From Chloroflexota bacterium (lineage in GTDB: Bacteria > Chloroflexota > Limnocylindria > Limnocylindrales > CSP1-4): DNA of 50,729 nucleotides. The notes beneath the pieces are model-generated. The model had not been told where the DNA came from, did not search any database, and saw only the letters and a list, made by a program, of their open reading frames with translations. Position numbers and translations under genes: made by a program. This document shows, one piece after another, positions 8,914 to 18,132 of this stretch (position 1 is its first letter; each line of letters begins with the position of its first letter). The stretch lies in assembly GCA_031407755.1 (NCBI GenBank), contig JANOIS010000033.1, positions 1 through 50,729 of the forward strand, given 5' to 3'.

Positions 8914-8989
8914 GGCGCGGCCCGGGGCCGGGGCCCTCGGTCGTGCGACCGACTCAGACTCGCTGGCCCGTCGGCTGGTGGACCGCTGG

Positions 8990-9823
8990 TCACCGTTCCG
9001 AGGCGGCCAGCGCCTCCAGCTCGCGGGACAGCTCCAGGAGTTCATCCCCGCCGCCCATCTCCCGGTGAAGCCGATCGGCGTCGATGTCGCCTCGCTTGAA
9101 CGTCCCGCTGATGCGGCCACGCGAGAGGATCGTAAAGGTGTCGCCGATGGGCAGGGCGTGCTGGACGTTGTGGGTGATGAAGACGACGCCGAGGCCCCGA
9201 TTGCGCGCCGCGATGATGTGGCGCAGGACGAATGCGGACTGCTTGACGCCGAGCGCCGAGGTCGGTTCGTCCAGGATCAGCACTCGGGCGCCGAAGTACT
9301 CGGCACGGGCGATCGCCAGGGTCTGACGCTCGCCACCGGACAGCGTGCCGACGGCCTGATCGGTGTCGCGCACGTCGATTCCGATTCGCTTCATCTCTTC
9401 GTAAGCGACCGCTGCCGCCTGCGTCAGGGCGAATCGCTTGAACGGTCCGAAGCCGACCGTCGGCTCATTGCCCAGGAAGAAGTTCCGCGTGACGCTCATG
9501 AGCGGCATGATCGCGAGGTCCTGGTAGACCGTGGCCACCCCGGTGTCGAGGGCGTCGCGCGGTGAGTTGAACCGGACCGGTTGGCCGTCGACGGCGAGCG
9601 TGCCCTTGTCCGGGACATGGACACCCGACAGCGTCTTGATCAGGGTCGACTTGCCGGCGCCGTTGTCACCGAGCAAACAGGTGATCCGCCCGGCGTGGAC
9701 GGTCAGCGAGACGCCTTCGATCGCGACGACGGCACCGAAGTACTTCGAAACGTTGCGCGCCTCGAGTAGGGGAGCTCGCTCGGCGGTCGTCGTGACCGTT
9801 GCCGTGGTGGACTGTGCATCCAT
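8990..9823 (-). CDS. Sugar ABC transporter ATP-binding protein (single-cassette, FrcA/RbsA-like)
   Basis: Walker [10 protein letters not shown], signature LSGGERQ and Walker [15 protein letters not shown] lies upstream of ATG 9823. Confidence 0.9.
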   Translation of the reverse strand: MDAQSTTATVTTTAERAPLLEARNVSKYFGAVVAIEGVSLTVHAGRITCLLGDNGAGKSTLIKTLSGVHVPDKGTLAVDGQPVRFNSPRDALDTGVATVYQDLAIMPLMSVTRNFFLGNEPTVGFGPFKRFALTQAAAVAYEEMKRIGIDVRDTDQAVGTLSGGERQTLAIARAEYFGARVLILDEPTSALGVKQSAFVLRHIIAARNRGLGVVFITHNVQHALPIGDTFTILSRGRISGTFKRGDIDADRLHREMGGGDELLELSRELEALAASER

Positions 9824-9835
9824 CGGACGGCCCTC

Positions 9836-10927
9836 CTACGCCAAACCGGCGAAGCGACGCCGGATCCACTTGTTGAGCACCACTGCGACAAGCAGCAGGG
9901 TGCCGATCGCGACGAAATACCAGTCGGCGTTGATGTTCGCGAAGACGATGCCGAGGCGAGCCATGCCCAGGGCGAGCGCCCCGATGGCAGCCCCGACGAC
10001 CGAGCCGTACCCGCCGGCCAGCAGCGACCCGCCGATGACCGAGGTGGCGATCGCATCGAGCTCGATGCCCCGGCCGCGCAGAACGTCCGCCGAGAAGAAG
10101 GTCATGCTCTGGACGGTGCCGAGGATCGCGGCGGAGAAGCCGGTCATCGCGAACAGCGCGATCTTTACCCTCCCCACCGGGACGCCAAGGTTGCGGGCCG
10201 CGGCATTGCTGCCGCCCACGCCGGCGATCCAGTTGCCAAAGCGCGTCCGGCCGTACAGGTAGGCGCCGACTGCCGCAAGGACGACCCACCAGAACATCGA
10301 GGCCTTGATCTCGGCCCGTTCGACGACCGGCACGCTCCAGTTGAACAGCCAGGCGATCGGGTCTGCGGCCACGACGGCACGATCGATCGGGATGAACGTG
10401 ATATTGGTGATGAGGGCCGTCAGCGCCTGGGTGGCACCGCGGATGATGAACAGGGTGGCCAGGGTCACGATGAACGAGGGCAGGTTGGTCCGCACCACGA
10501 TCCAGCCGTTGACCGCGCCCAGGACCGTCGTCAGGGCGATGGCGAGGATGATCGACAGCCACAGGGGGAGCCCGGCCTCGGTTGCGAAGATGCCGATGAC
10601 GATCCCGGCGAAACCAACAAGCGCACCGATCGAGAGGTCGAACTCGCCGGCGATCATCAGCAGGGCGACGGAGGTGGCGACGATGCCGACCTGGGCGGCG
10701 ACGTCGAGATAGTTGAAGGTCCCATTAAGCGTGAGGAACGTCAGGTTGCCGCCATTGGTCGCATCGATGACGGCGAACACGACCCACACGAAGGTCGCGA
10801 TGAGTGCGGCCCCGGCCGCCGGCCGGCCCAGGACCCGCTGGTACAGCGGCAGACGTCGAAGCCGCTCCGAGACCGGTGACGGCGTCGTCTTGCCGCCGTC
10901 GGCTGTGGGCGTCGTGGTCGCCATCAT
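9836..10927 (-). CDS. Sugar ABC transporter permease (RbsC/FrcC-like)
   Basis: 363-aa polytopic hydrophobic protein located between the substrate-binding-protein and ATPase genes. The second ATG (10924) has better spacing from GGAGG. Confidence 0.85.
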   Translation of the reverse strand: MMATTTPTADGGKTTPSPVSERLRRLPLYQRVLGRPAAGAALIATFVWVVFAVIDATNGGNLTFLTLNGTFNYLDVAAQVGIVATSVALLMIAGEFDLSIGALVGFAGIVIGIFATEAGLPLWLSIILAIALTTVLGAVNGWIVVRTNLPSFIVTLATLFIIRGATQALTALITNITFIPIDRAVVAADPIAWLFNWSVPVVERAEIKASMFWWVVLAAVGAYLYGRTRFGNWIAGVGGSNAAARNLGVPVGRVKIALFAMTGFSAAILGTVQSMTFFSADVLRGRGIELDAIATSVIGGSLLAGGYGSVVGAAIGALALGMARLGIVFANINADWYFVAIGTLLLVAVVLNKWIRRRFAGLA

Positions 10928-11005
10928 CCTCCTCCGGTCGGGGTGGAGGGGCCGGCGCTTACCGGCCCCTCCAGTGACACCGGTCGCCCGGCGTCTAGCG
11001 CCTGG

Positions 11006-12025
11006 TCAGCGCAGGCCCGCCGCGGCGAGGGCGATGACCGCTTCCGCGTTGTCCTTGGTGACGAAGCCCGGGCCGGTCATGACGAGGCCCGCGCCATTGC
11101 CGGTCGGAAGGTTCCTCGTCTCGGCATAGTTGGTGAGGATGACGATGGGCAGGTAGCCCTGAAGGAATTGCTGCTGGTCGATGGCGAACTCCATCTTGCC
11201 GTCCTTGATCGCGGTCAGGACGTCCGGGCTCAAGTCGAAGGTCGCGGCCTTGACTGCGCCGGTCTTGCCGGCCGCCTCGATCGCGGCCAGCGCCGGCACG
11301 GCGACGGACGGGCCGAGGGTCAGGATGCCGTCGATGGTGGTGTCGGCCGCGAGTGCGGCCTCGATCGCGGCCTGCATGCCGGCCGGGTCGGAGATCTGGC
11401 CGGTCAGGATCTGGCCCTCCGTGCCGCCGGTCAGGCCCGTGAAGAAGCCATTGCAACGCAGTGTCAGCGCCTGGTTGCCGACCTCCTGGTTGAAGCAGAC
11501 CGCGTTCTTGACGCCGGCTGCCTTGAAGCGCTCACCGGCGCCGACCCCGGCCTCGAACTCGGTCTGACCGACGTGGGCCAGGATGCCGAGGTCCCTGAAT
11601 ACATCCGACCCCGAGTTCATCGAGACGACCGGGATGCCGGCCGCGATCGCCTTCTCGATGGCGGGACTGAGGGCTTCAGGGTTCGGGATGGAGACGACGA
11701 GGCCGGTCGGCTTCTTCGTGACTGCTGCGTCGATGAGCTGCGACATCTTGGCCGTGTCGCTCTCGGTGTCTGGCGCGCTGTAGTTGACCTTGACGCCCAT
11801 GTCGTTGGCAGCGGCGGTCACGCCGTTGCGCACGACGCCCCAGAACCCGTCGATGGCCTGGCCGTGGGTGACGACCTCGATCGTGATGGTATTGCGCGCG
11901 ACGAGCGCGCCTTTCGGGCCGTCGCCGCCCGCGGCACCGCCGCTGGCAGATGGGGTGGCACTCTGGCAGGCTCCGGCGATGATCGCCACGCCGGCGAGTG
12001 CGACGAGAGTGGTTTTCAGTTTCAT
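11006..12025 (-). CDS. Sugar ABC transporter substrate-binding lipoprotein (periplasmic binding protein type 1)
   Basis: ATG 12025 is preceded by GGAGGAGAAGG. The signal peptide and lipobox are [20 protein letters not shown]. The body is RbsB-like ([19 protein letters not shown]). Confidence 0.85.
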   Translation of the reverse strand: MKLKTTLVALAGVAIIAGACQSATPSASGGAAGGDGPKGALVARNTITIEVVTHGQAIDGFWGVVRNGVTAAANDMGVKVNYSAPDTESDTAKMSQLIDAAVTKKPTGLVVSIPNPEALSPAIEKAIAAGIPVVSMNSGSDVFRDLGILAHVGQTEFEAGVGAGERFKAAGVKNAVCFNQEVGNQALTLRCNGFFTGLTGGTEGQILTGQISDPAGMQAAIEAALAADTTIDGILTLGPSVAVPALAAIEAAGKTGAVKAATFDLSPDVLTAIKDGKMEFAIDQQQFLQGYLPIVILTNYAETRNLPTGNGAGLVMTGPGFVTKDNAEAVIALAAAGLR

Positions 12026-12196
12026 GTCGTTCCTTCTCCTCCATACGATGCGACGCATGTCGCTCGTCCTATAGTGGATCGCCGCGAAGAGCGGCGCCTC
12101 CTGGCCCTCCGAATCAAGGCCAGTGGTCCTGGCCGTCACGAGCACCTCCTTTTGGTGGCGTCGCCCGATGGCGGTCGTTGCCGGCCGCCCCCGGGC

Positions 12197-13195
12197 TCAG
12201 CCGGGGATCTCCGCGAGCCGCACGGGGCGGTGTTCGTGGAGCGAGCGGGTGGCGGCCTCTGCGACGCGCAACGCTGCGACGCCGTCCGCGGCCGTACACA
12301 GACTGGCTGCTTCGCCCCGGGCGACCGAGACGAAAGCGCTGAACTCGGCCGCGTAGGCCGACTCGAAGCGGACGAGGAAGTCCTTCCACGCCGGGCCGGC
12401 CGGCGGACCAACACCGGGTTCCACTGACCGCATGGGGGTCTTTGGTCCGAGACCGACGCTGATCGAATCGCCTGAGCCGAATAGCTCGGCGCGGATGTCG
12501 TAACCGAGGGGGTCGTGGCGGGTCACGGTGAGGACCGCGTACGGTCCATCGGTCATTCGTAACGTCGCGACTGCGGTATCGACGTCGTCGTACTTGGCAA
12601 ATACCGGGAAGGCTCGCACGCCGCCGTCGGCGTAGACCTCTTCGACCTCGTTGCCGGTGAGCCAGCGCAGGATATCGAAGTCGTGGATCGAGAAGTCGCG
12701 GAAGATGCCTCCCGACTGCGGGATGTAGGCCTCGTGCGGCGGTGCCGGATCGTGGCCAGCCAGGCGGATCGCATAGAGCGTGCCCAGCTCGCCGCTCTCG
12801 ACCAGCCGCCGAGCCTCGCGATAGGCCGGGTCGAACCGGCGCTGGAACCCGAGCTGGAATGGCACGCCACTGCGCTCGATCTCGGCGGCCAGGACGATCG
12901 AGTCGTCGAGGTCGGCGGCCAATGGCTTCTCACAGAAGGTCGGCAGACCACGCCCGATCGCGGCGCGGATCAGCGCGGCGTGAGCCGTTGTGGCCGCGGC
13001 GATGACCACAGCGTCCGTGTCCTCGAGCGCGGCCTCGATCGATGGCGCGGCCGTCGCTCCGACCTGTTCGGCTGCGTCGACGGCCCGCGCCGGGTCCAGG
13101 TCGGCGACCACGACCCGGTCGACGCCGGGCGTGGCCATCAGGAGTCGGGCGTGCAGGTGTCCGATCCGACCCGCACCGAGCAATGCGACCCTCAT
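12197..13195 (-). CDS. iolG: Gfo/Idh/MocA oxidoreductase, probable myo-inositol 2-dehydrogenase
   Basis: MRVALLGAGRIGHLHA Rossmann N-terminus and the CEKPLA motif. ATG 13195 overlaps the iolE stop (ATGA). The symbol is assigned from context with iolE, iolD and iolB. Confidence 0.75.
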   Translation of the reverse strand: MRVALLGAGRIGHLHARLLMATPGVDRVVVADLDPARAVDAAEQVGATAAPSIEAALEDTDAVVIAAATTAHAALIRAAIGRGLPTFCEKPLAADLDDSIVLAAEIERSGVPFQLGFQRRFDPAYREARRLVESGELGTLYAIRLAGHDPAPPHEAYIPQSGGIFRDFSIHDFDILRWLTGNEVEEVYADGGVRAFPVFAKYDDVDTAVATLRMTDGPYAVLTVTRHDPLGYDIRAELFGSGDSISVGLGPKTPMRSVEPGVGPPAGPAWKDFLVRFESAYAAEFSAFVSVARGEAASLCTAADGVAALRVAEAATRSLHEHRPVRLAEIPG

Positions 13196-14169
13196 CGGCC
13201 GAGCCCGCTTCCGACCCGCCGAAGCGCAGTCCCGAGGATCCGGCGCCCGATCGCGGCACTCTCCGATGGCGGCCCCCAGCAGCTGTCCTGCTCGACCATC
13301 AGCCACCCGTCGTAGTCGCGGGCGACGAGGGTCGCGATGACGCCGTCGAGATCGAGCACGCCTGCGCCGAGCTCGGTGAATAGTCGCTCGCGGACGGCGG
13401 CGCCGAAGCCCGGCAGGTCACCGGCCTGGAGACGAGAGAGGACGCCGCCGTCGACGTCCTTCAGGTGGATGTGGGTGACCCGCTCGCCCAGGACCGTGAG
13501 CATCGAGACAGGGTCGCCGCCGCCGACGATGAGATGCCCGACGTCCAGGCAGATACCAACGAGGTCAGCGTTGGTGGAACCGACGAACCGCCCCACCTCG
13601 GCCGGCGTCTCGACGAACGTGCCGGCATGCGGATGGAAGACCGTCCGGTGCCCGAGGTCGCGGGCTTCACGGGCGATCGCCTCGATTACTTCCACCAGCC
13701 CTGCCCAGCCATCCTCGGTGAGGGTCGGGGTGCCGGACGTGCTCGCGCGACCGGCACGCTCCTCGCGACCGGGTGACGAGTCAAGGGCGAGGCAGAGCAC
13801 CTCGCCACCCGCGTCGTGCAACAGCCGGAGCCGTTCACGCCCGACCGCCAGCGCATCGTCGGTCGGGCCGTCCATCGTGGCCCGCAGCGATGCATAGACC
13901 TCGGCCAGCCGCAGGTTACGCTCGGCAAGGGCCGTTCGGAGCGCGTGGCCCTCCGGGAAGCCGAGCCCGAGCTGCGTCCCCTCGTACCCGATCCGTGCGA
14001 TCTCGTCGAGGATCGTGGCGGGCTCCGTGCCATGGCGGAGATCCACGATGTCGACGTTGTTCCACAGGATCGGTACGGCACCGATCGACGCGCTGGACAG
14101 GGCGTCCCCGGCGCGACGGAGGAGCGGCCCGGCGCGCTGGGCCGTCGAACTTGCCGTCAGCGCATTCAT
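13192..14169 (-). CDS. iolE: Xylose-isomerase-like TIM-barrel protein, probable inosose dehydratase
   Basis: N-terminal IGAVPILWNNVDI resembles the IolE GIAPIGWxNDD start, and the body is a sugar-phosphate isomerase/epimerase fold. ATG 14169 overlaps the iolD stop (ATGA). Confidence 0.75.
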   Translation of the reverse strand: MNALTASSTAQRAGPLLRRAGDALSSASIGAVPILWNNVDIVDLRHGTEPATILDEIARIGYEGTQLGLGFPEGHALRTALAERNLRLAEVYASLRATMDGPTDDALAVGRERLRLLHDAGGEVLCLALDSSPGREERAGRASTSGTPTLTEDGWAGLVEVIEAIAREARDLGHRTVFHPHAGTFVETPAEVGRFVGSTNADLVGICLDVGHLIVGGGDPVSMLTVLGERVTHIHLKDVDGGVLSRLQAGDLPGFGAAVRERLFTELGAGVLDLDGVIATLVARDYDGWLMVEQDSCWGPPSESAAIGRRILGTALRRVGSGLGR

Positions 14170-15986
14170 CGGTGCTGCTCCTCGGCCACGCCGGCCGCCC
14201 ACCGTGCGCGCTGCTCGGGGTGATGCTCAGGGCTCGGCGCGTCCCACCAGCCCGTCTTGTCCGGGCCTGCGGTCTCGAGGTCGCGGTCGACCCGCACGTG
14301 GACGAGCGATGGTCCGCCAGACGCCAGGGCCCGCTCGACTGCCGGTCGGACGCAATCCGGGTCATCGACGGTCTCCGCCGGCAACCCGAACGCCCGCCCG
14401 ATGGCCGCGTAGTCGGGCGAGTAGACCGAGCCGTCGGGGGTCAGAAAGTCGGTCCACGCGGCGCGCCCGAAGCATGCCTCCTGGCCGCCCTTGATGCTCA
14501 TCCAGCCTGAGTTGTCGAGGACCACGGCACAGACCGGGATGCCGGCAAGGACCGTCGTCTGGAGCTCCTGCATCGACTGGAGGAAGCTGCCGTCACCCGA
14601 GATCGACACGACCTGTCGGCCGGGCTGGGCCAACTGCGCACCGATCGCGGCGGGCAGCTCGAAGCCCATCGTGGAGAAGCCGCCAGACGTCAGGTGGGTG
14701 CGCGGCTGACGGGTCACCCAGCGCTGTTTCACCACGCCTTGCGGCAGGCCGGCGCCCGTCACCACGATCGCGTCGTCGTGGGTCGCCGCCTGGACCTCGC
14801 GGACGGCACGGGCCATCGTCATCGGCGTCGCCTTCGATCCCGACTTGCGCTCGACCTGAACGAACCAGGTGGCCTTGCGTCGGGCGATCTCCTCGGCGTA
14901 CTCGGCGCGCCGGTCGGCGGTCAGGTCATGGGCCGGTCCGAGGGCCGTGAGGAGATCCGCCAGTCCGGCCTTGGCGTCGCCGACGAGCGGGACCTCGACC
15001 GGGTAGTTCTTGCCGATCTCGCGTGGGTCGATGTCGAGCTGGATGAGCTTCGACGGCGGTATGCCGAAGGTGACCCCAGCCCGGTAGGAGGACGCCGACC
15101 AGTCCGTGAAGCGATTGCCGACCGAAAGGAGCACGTCGGCCCGGACCGCCAGTTCGTTGCCACACGACGTCGCCGTGTCGCCGATCGTCAGCCCCGCCAG
15201 GGGGTGCGTCTCGTCGATGGCGCCCTTGCCGTTCCATGTCGTCACGACCGGCGCGCCGAGGCGTTCGGCGAGCGCCGTGATCTCGGGGCTCGCCTCGGCG
15301 CCGATCGCGCCGCCGCCGGCGACGATGACCGGGCGACGCGCGTCGCGCAGCAGGGCCGCCGCCCGCTCGATGTCATCGGCCGGCGGCCGGACTCGACCGC
15401 GCGCCTCGCGCCGCTCCGGGTCGGGCAGTTCGACATCGGCGCTGTCGGCCTGGACGTCCATCGGGAGGTCGAGCAGGATCGGTCCCGGCCGGCCGGATAG
15501 CATCTGGTTCCAGGCACGATGGAGGACGAATGGGAGCTCATCGACGCGGGACGGTTGCCACCATTCCTTGACGACAGGCTCAAAGATCCGCGGGTTGTCG
15601 GCCCCGTGTCGTCGGTCGAACTCCTGGAGGATCCCCGCCCCTCGCATGTATGTGTGCGCGGACCCGGTCATGAGCGCCACCGCGGTCGAGTCGACGTACG
15701 CGGTCGCCATGCCGACGACCGTATTCGTCGCCCCGGGGCCGATGCTCGTAAACGCGAGGATAGGCTGGCCCGTCGCTCGATAGAAGCCATCCGCCAGGTG
15801 CACGGCCGACTGCTCGTGCATGACCTGGATGGTCCGGATGCTGTCCCGGCGGTCGAGGAGGGCATCGGTCAAGGCCCAGCTTCCGTGGCCTGGGATCCCG
15901 GCCCCGATCGGGACGCCCTGACGCACGAGATACTCGACCACTATCTGGGCCCCGGACAGCCGCTGGGACGCCCTTGACTCGGACAA
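14166..15986 (-). CDS. iolD: Thiamine-diphosphate enzyme, probable 3D-(3,5/4)-trihydroxycyclohexane-1,2-dione hydrolase
   Basis: 606-aa protein with acetolactate-synthase-like architecture and the TPP motif GDGSF...VLDNSGW. The TTG 15986 start is preceded by AAGGAGG. The symbol is assigned from operon context. Confidence 0.78.
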   Translation of the reverse strand: MSESRASQRLSGAQIVVEYLVRQGVPIGAGIPGHGSWALTDALLDRRDSIRTIQVMHEQSAVHLADGFYRATGQPILAFTSIGPGATNTVVGMATAYVDSTAVALMTGSAHTYMRGAGILQEFDRRHGADNPRIFEPVVKEWWQPSRVDELPFVLHRAWNQMLSGRPGPILLDLPMDVQADSADVELPDPERREARGRVRPPADDIERAAALLRDARRPVIVAGGGAIGAEASPEITALAERLGAPVVTTWNGKGAIDETHPLAGLTIGDTATSCGNELAVRADVLLSVGNRFTDWSASSYRAGVTFGIPPSKLIQLDIDPREIGKNYPVEVPLVGDAKAGLADLLTALGPAHDLTADRRAEYAEEIARRKATWFVQVERKSGSKATPMTMARAVREVQAATHDDAIVVTGAGLPQGVVKQRWVTRQPRTHLTSGGFSTMGFELPAAIGAQLAQPGRQVVSISGDGSFLQSMQELQTTVLAGIPVCAVVLDNSGWMSIKGGQEACFGRAAWTDFLTPDGSVYSPDYAAIGRAFGLPAETVDDPDCVRPAVERALASGGPSLVHVRVDRDLETAGPDKTGWWDAPSPEHHPEQRARWAAGVAEEQHR

Positions 15987-16008
15987 CGCCCCTCCTTGCG
16001 AAAGCCGC

Positions 16009-16020
16009 GTAATCGATTAC
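16009..16020. promoter_or_regulatory. Perfect 12-bp palindrome GTAATCGATTAC, a candidate LacI-family operator in the iolD / transaldolase-iolB divergent region
   Basis: It has the central CG and AATCGATT core typical of LacI/GalR operators. It lies 23 nt upstream of the iolD start and 71 nt upstream of the transaldolase ATG. Confidence 0.5.
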
Positions 16021-16090
16021 CCTGAAGTTGCGGAACGATAGCACGACGACGCATCCCCTTGTCAACGTTCGGGTCGAGGAGGAAGGTCAC

Positions 16091-17209
16091 ATGGACAGGG
16101 TCATCGACGAGGTCCGAACGCCACTGGCGGACAGCCCGCTCGGACGCACCATCACCTCGACGGCGACGGACATCTGGAACGACTCGTGCGCAGTCGACGA
16201 GCTTGAGTACGCGATCTCCTATGGAGCGGTCGGCGCGACAGCCAACCCGACGATCGTCGCCGATGTGTGGAGGGGGGATCCGGCCGGCTGGCGTGCCCGC
16301 GTCCGCGCGTTGGCCGCCGAACGTCCCGACGCCACCGAGGTCGACCTCGCATGGGCCGTCGTGGAGGAGATGTCGCTGCGGGCTGCGCCCCTGTTGTTGC
16401 CCGCCTTCGAGTCGTCGGGAGGTCGTCAGGGTCGGCTCTCGATGCAGACCGACCCGACCCTGTATCGGTCATTCGAACGGATGCTGAGCCAGGGCGGCCA
16501 TTTCGACAGCCTCGCACCAAACATCATCGTGAAGTTCCCCGCCACCTCGGTCGGCATCAGGGTCATGGAGGAGGCCACGTACCTCGGCGTCAGCGTCAAC
16601 GCAACGGTCTCGTTCAGCGTGGCTCAGGCTGTCGCCGCCGGCGAGGCCGTGGAGCGCGGGCTGCGCCGCCGGGAAGCCGATGGCCTGCCGGTCGACCGGA
16701 TGGGGCCGGTCATCACGCTGATGATGGGTCGGATCGAGGACTGGCTGCACGTTCAGCTTGGGCGCGACGGGATCGTCGCCGACCCCGCCGCCCTGCCGTG
16801 GTCAGGCGTAGCGGTATTCAAACGGGCCGTCGCCGAGTTCGCGGACCGGGGGTTGCGAGCGCGACCGCTCGGAGCGGCCATCCGCCATCACCTCCACTGG
16901 TCCGAGCTCATCGGCGGGGATGTCGTCATCACATTGCCGGCCGTCTGGCAGCGTCGGTTCAATGCGTCCGCCGTCGAGGTGCGGCCACGGATGGACGACC
17001 CGGTGCCACCCGCGATGCTCGACGAGCTGCGCCGGCGGTTCCCCGATTTTGTCCGGGCCTACGAGCCGGACGGTCTCGGCGTGGACGAGTTCGACACGTT
17101 CGGTCCGACGGTCACGACCCTGCGTGCGTTCATCGGCTCGTATCATGAGTTGCTCCACCAGGTGACAGACGCCATGCTCCCGAACCCCGACGGACGAACC
17201 GGTTCGTGA
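16091..17209 (+). CDS. Transaldolase / Fsa-family class I aldolase-fold protein
   Basis: ATG 16091 is preceded by GAGGAGGAAGG. Motifs are GATANPTIV, IIVKFPAT (Schiff-base Lys) and NATVSFS. Its stop overlaps the iolB GTG (GTGA). Confidence 0.85.
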   Translation: MDRVIDEVRTPLADSPLGRTITSTATDIWNDSCAVDELEYAISYGAVGATANPTIVADVWRGDPAGWRARVRALAAERPDATEVDLAWAVVEEMSLRAAPLLLPAFESSGGRQGRLSMQTDPTLYRSFERMLSQGGHFDSLAPNIIVKFPATSVGIRVMEEATYLGVSVNATVSFSVAQAVAAGEAVERGLRRREADGLPVDRMGPVITLMMGRIEDWLHVQLGRDGIVADPAALPWSGVAVFKRAVAEFADRGLRARPLGAAIRHHLHWSELIGGDVVITLPAVWQRRFNASAVEVRPRMDDPVPPAMLDELRRRFPDFVRAYEPDGLGVDEFDTFGPTVTTLRAFIGSYHELLHQVTDAMLPNPDGRTGS

Positions 17210-18132
17210 CCGGGCCACTCATCCACCCGACCGCCCTCCCGAACGATCTGTCGCCTGACCGCCTTCGGCTTCGGCCGGCCGCCAACGGGAGCGTGGCGGT
17301 CGATGCGGGGATCGCCGGCTGGCGTTACCTCGCGTTCCGGACGGTGATGCTCGCGAGCGGCGACTCGATCGAGGTCGGTGACGGGGACCACGAAACAGCG
17401 ATCGTGAGCCTCTTCGGTGGCGACCTCAGCGTCGCGCGCCCTGGCACGGCGGACGAGATCCTGCGCGGCCGACCGACGGTCTTCGACGGCCTGCCGTCGG
17501 CGTACTACCTGCCCGCTGGGCGGACGGCGACGATCGCTGCATCGACACCCGGATCGGACACCACCATCGCCATCGCGACGGCCCCGAGCCGACCACGGAT
17601 CTCGGCCGACCTCCGACCGATGTCGATCGGGCGGGACGACGTCCGCGTGGAGGTCCGCGGCGCCGGGCGCGCGACCCGCCAGATCAACCACATCATCGCG
17701 CCCGATTTCCCGGCCGACCGGCTGCTGCTCGTCGAGGTGCTGACGCCGGCCGGCAATTGGTCGAGCTGGCCGCCCCATAAGCACGATATCGACGACATGC
17801 CGAACGAGGCCGTCCTCGAGGAGGTCTACCACTATCGGTTCCGCCGGCCAGAGGCGTGGGCGGTCCAGCGCGTGTACCGGCCAGCCGGTGGGCCGCTCGG
17901 GCCGGCCCGCGATGCGATCTTCGCCGTGTGCGACGGTGAGATCGTGATGGTCACCGACGGCTACCACCCGTTCGCCGCGACCGACGCCGATGACGCGTAT
18001 TACCTGAATGTTCTGGCCGGCGACCGGCGGACGATGGCCTGTTCGTTCGATCCCGCACTCGACGATGTCCGGGAGCGCTGGGCGTCCATGACCCCCGACC
18101 CGAGGGTGCCGTTCGGCGAGTCCGCCAGCTGA
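17206..18132 (+). CDS. iolB: 5-deoxy-glucuronate isomerase
   Basis: KduI/IolB cupin family. The region PPHKHDIDDMPNEAVLEEVYHYRF is a close match to the conserved IolB core. Confidence 0.88.
   Translation: MTGPLIHPTALPNDLSPDRLRLRPAANGSVAVDAGIAGWRYLAFRTVMLASGDSIEVGDGDHETAIVSLFGGDLSVARPGTADEILRGRPTVFDGLPSAYYLPAGRTATIAASTPGSDTTIAIATAPSRPRISADLRPMSIGRDDVRVEVRGAGRATRQINHIIAPDFPADRLLLVEVLTPAGNWSSWPPHKHDIDDMPNEAVLEEVYHYRFRRPEAWAVQRVYRPAGGPLGPARDAIFAVCDGEIVMVTDGYHPFAATDADDAYYLNVLAGDRRTMACSFDPALDDVRERWASMTPDPRVPFGESAS

Noticed and set aside
6961-9099. 712-aa plus-strand ORF
   Set aside because: Its composition is extreme in Arg, Gly and Pro with no motifs. It overlaps the PfkB gene out of frame and runs antisense to the LacI gene. 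This is typical of stop-poor alternative frames in GC-rich DNA.
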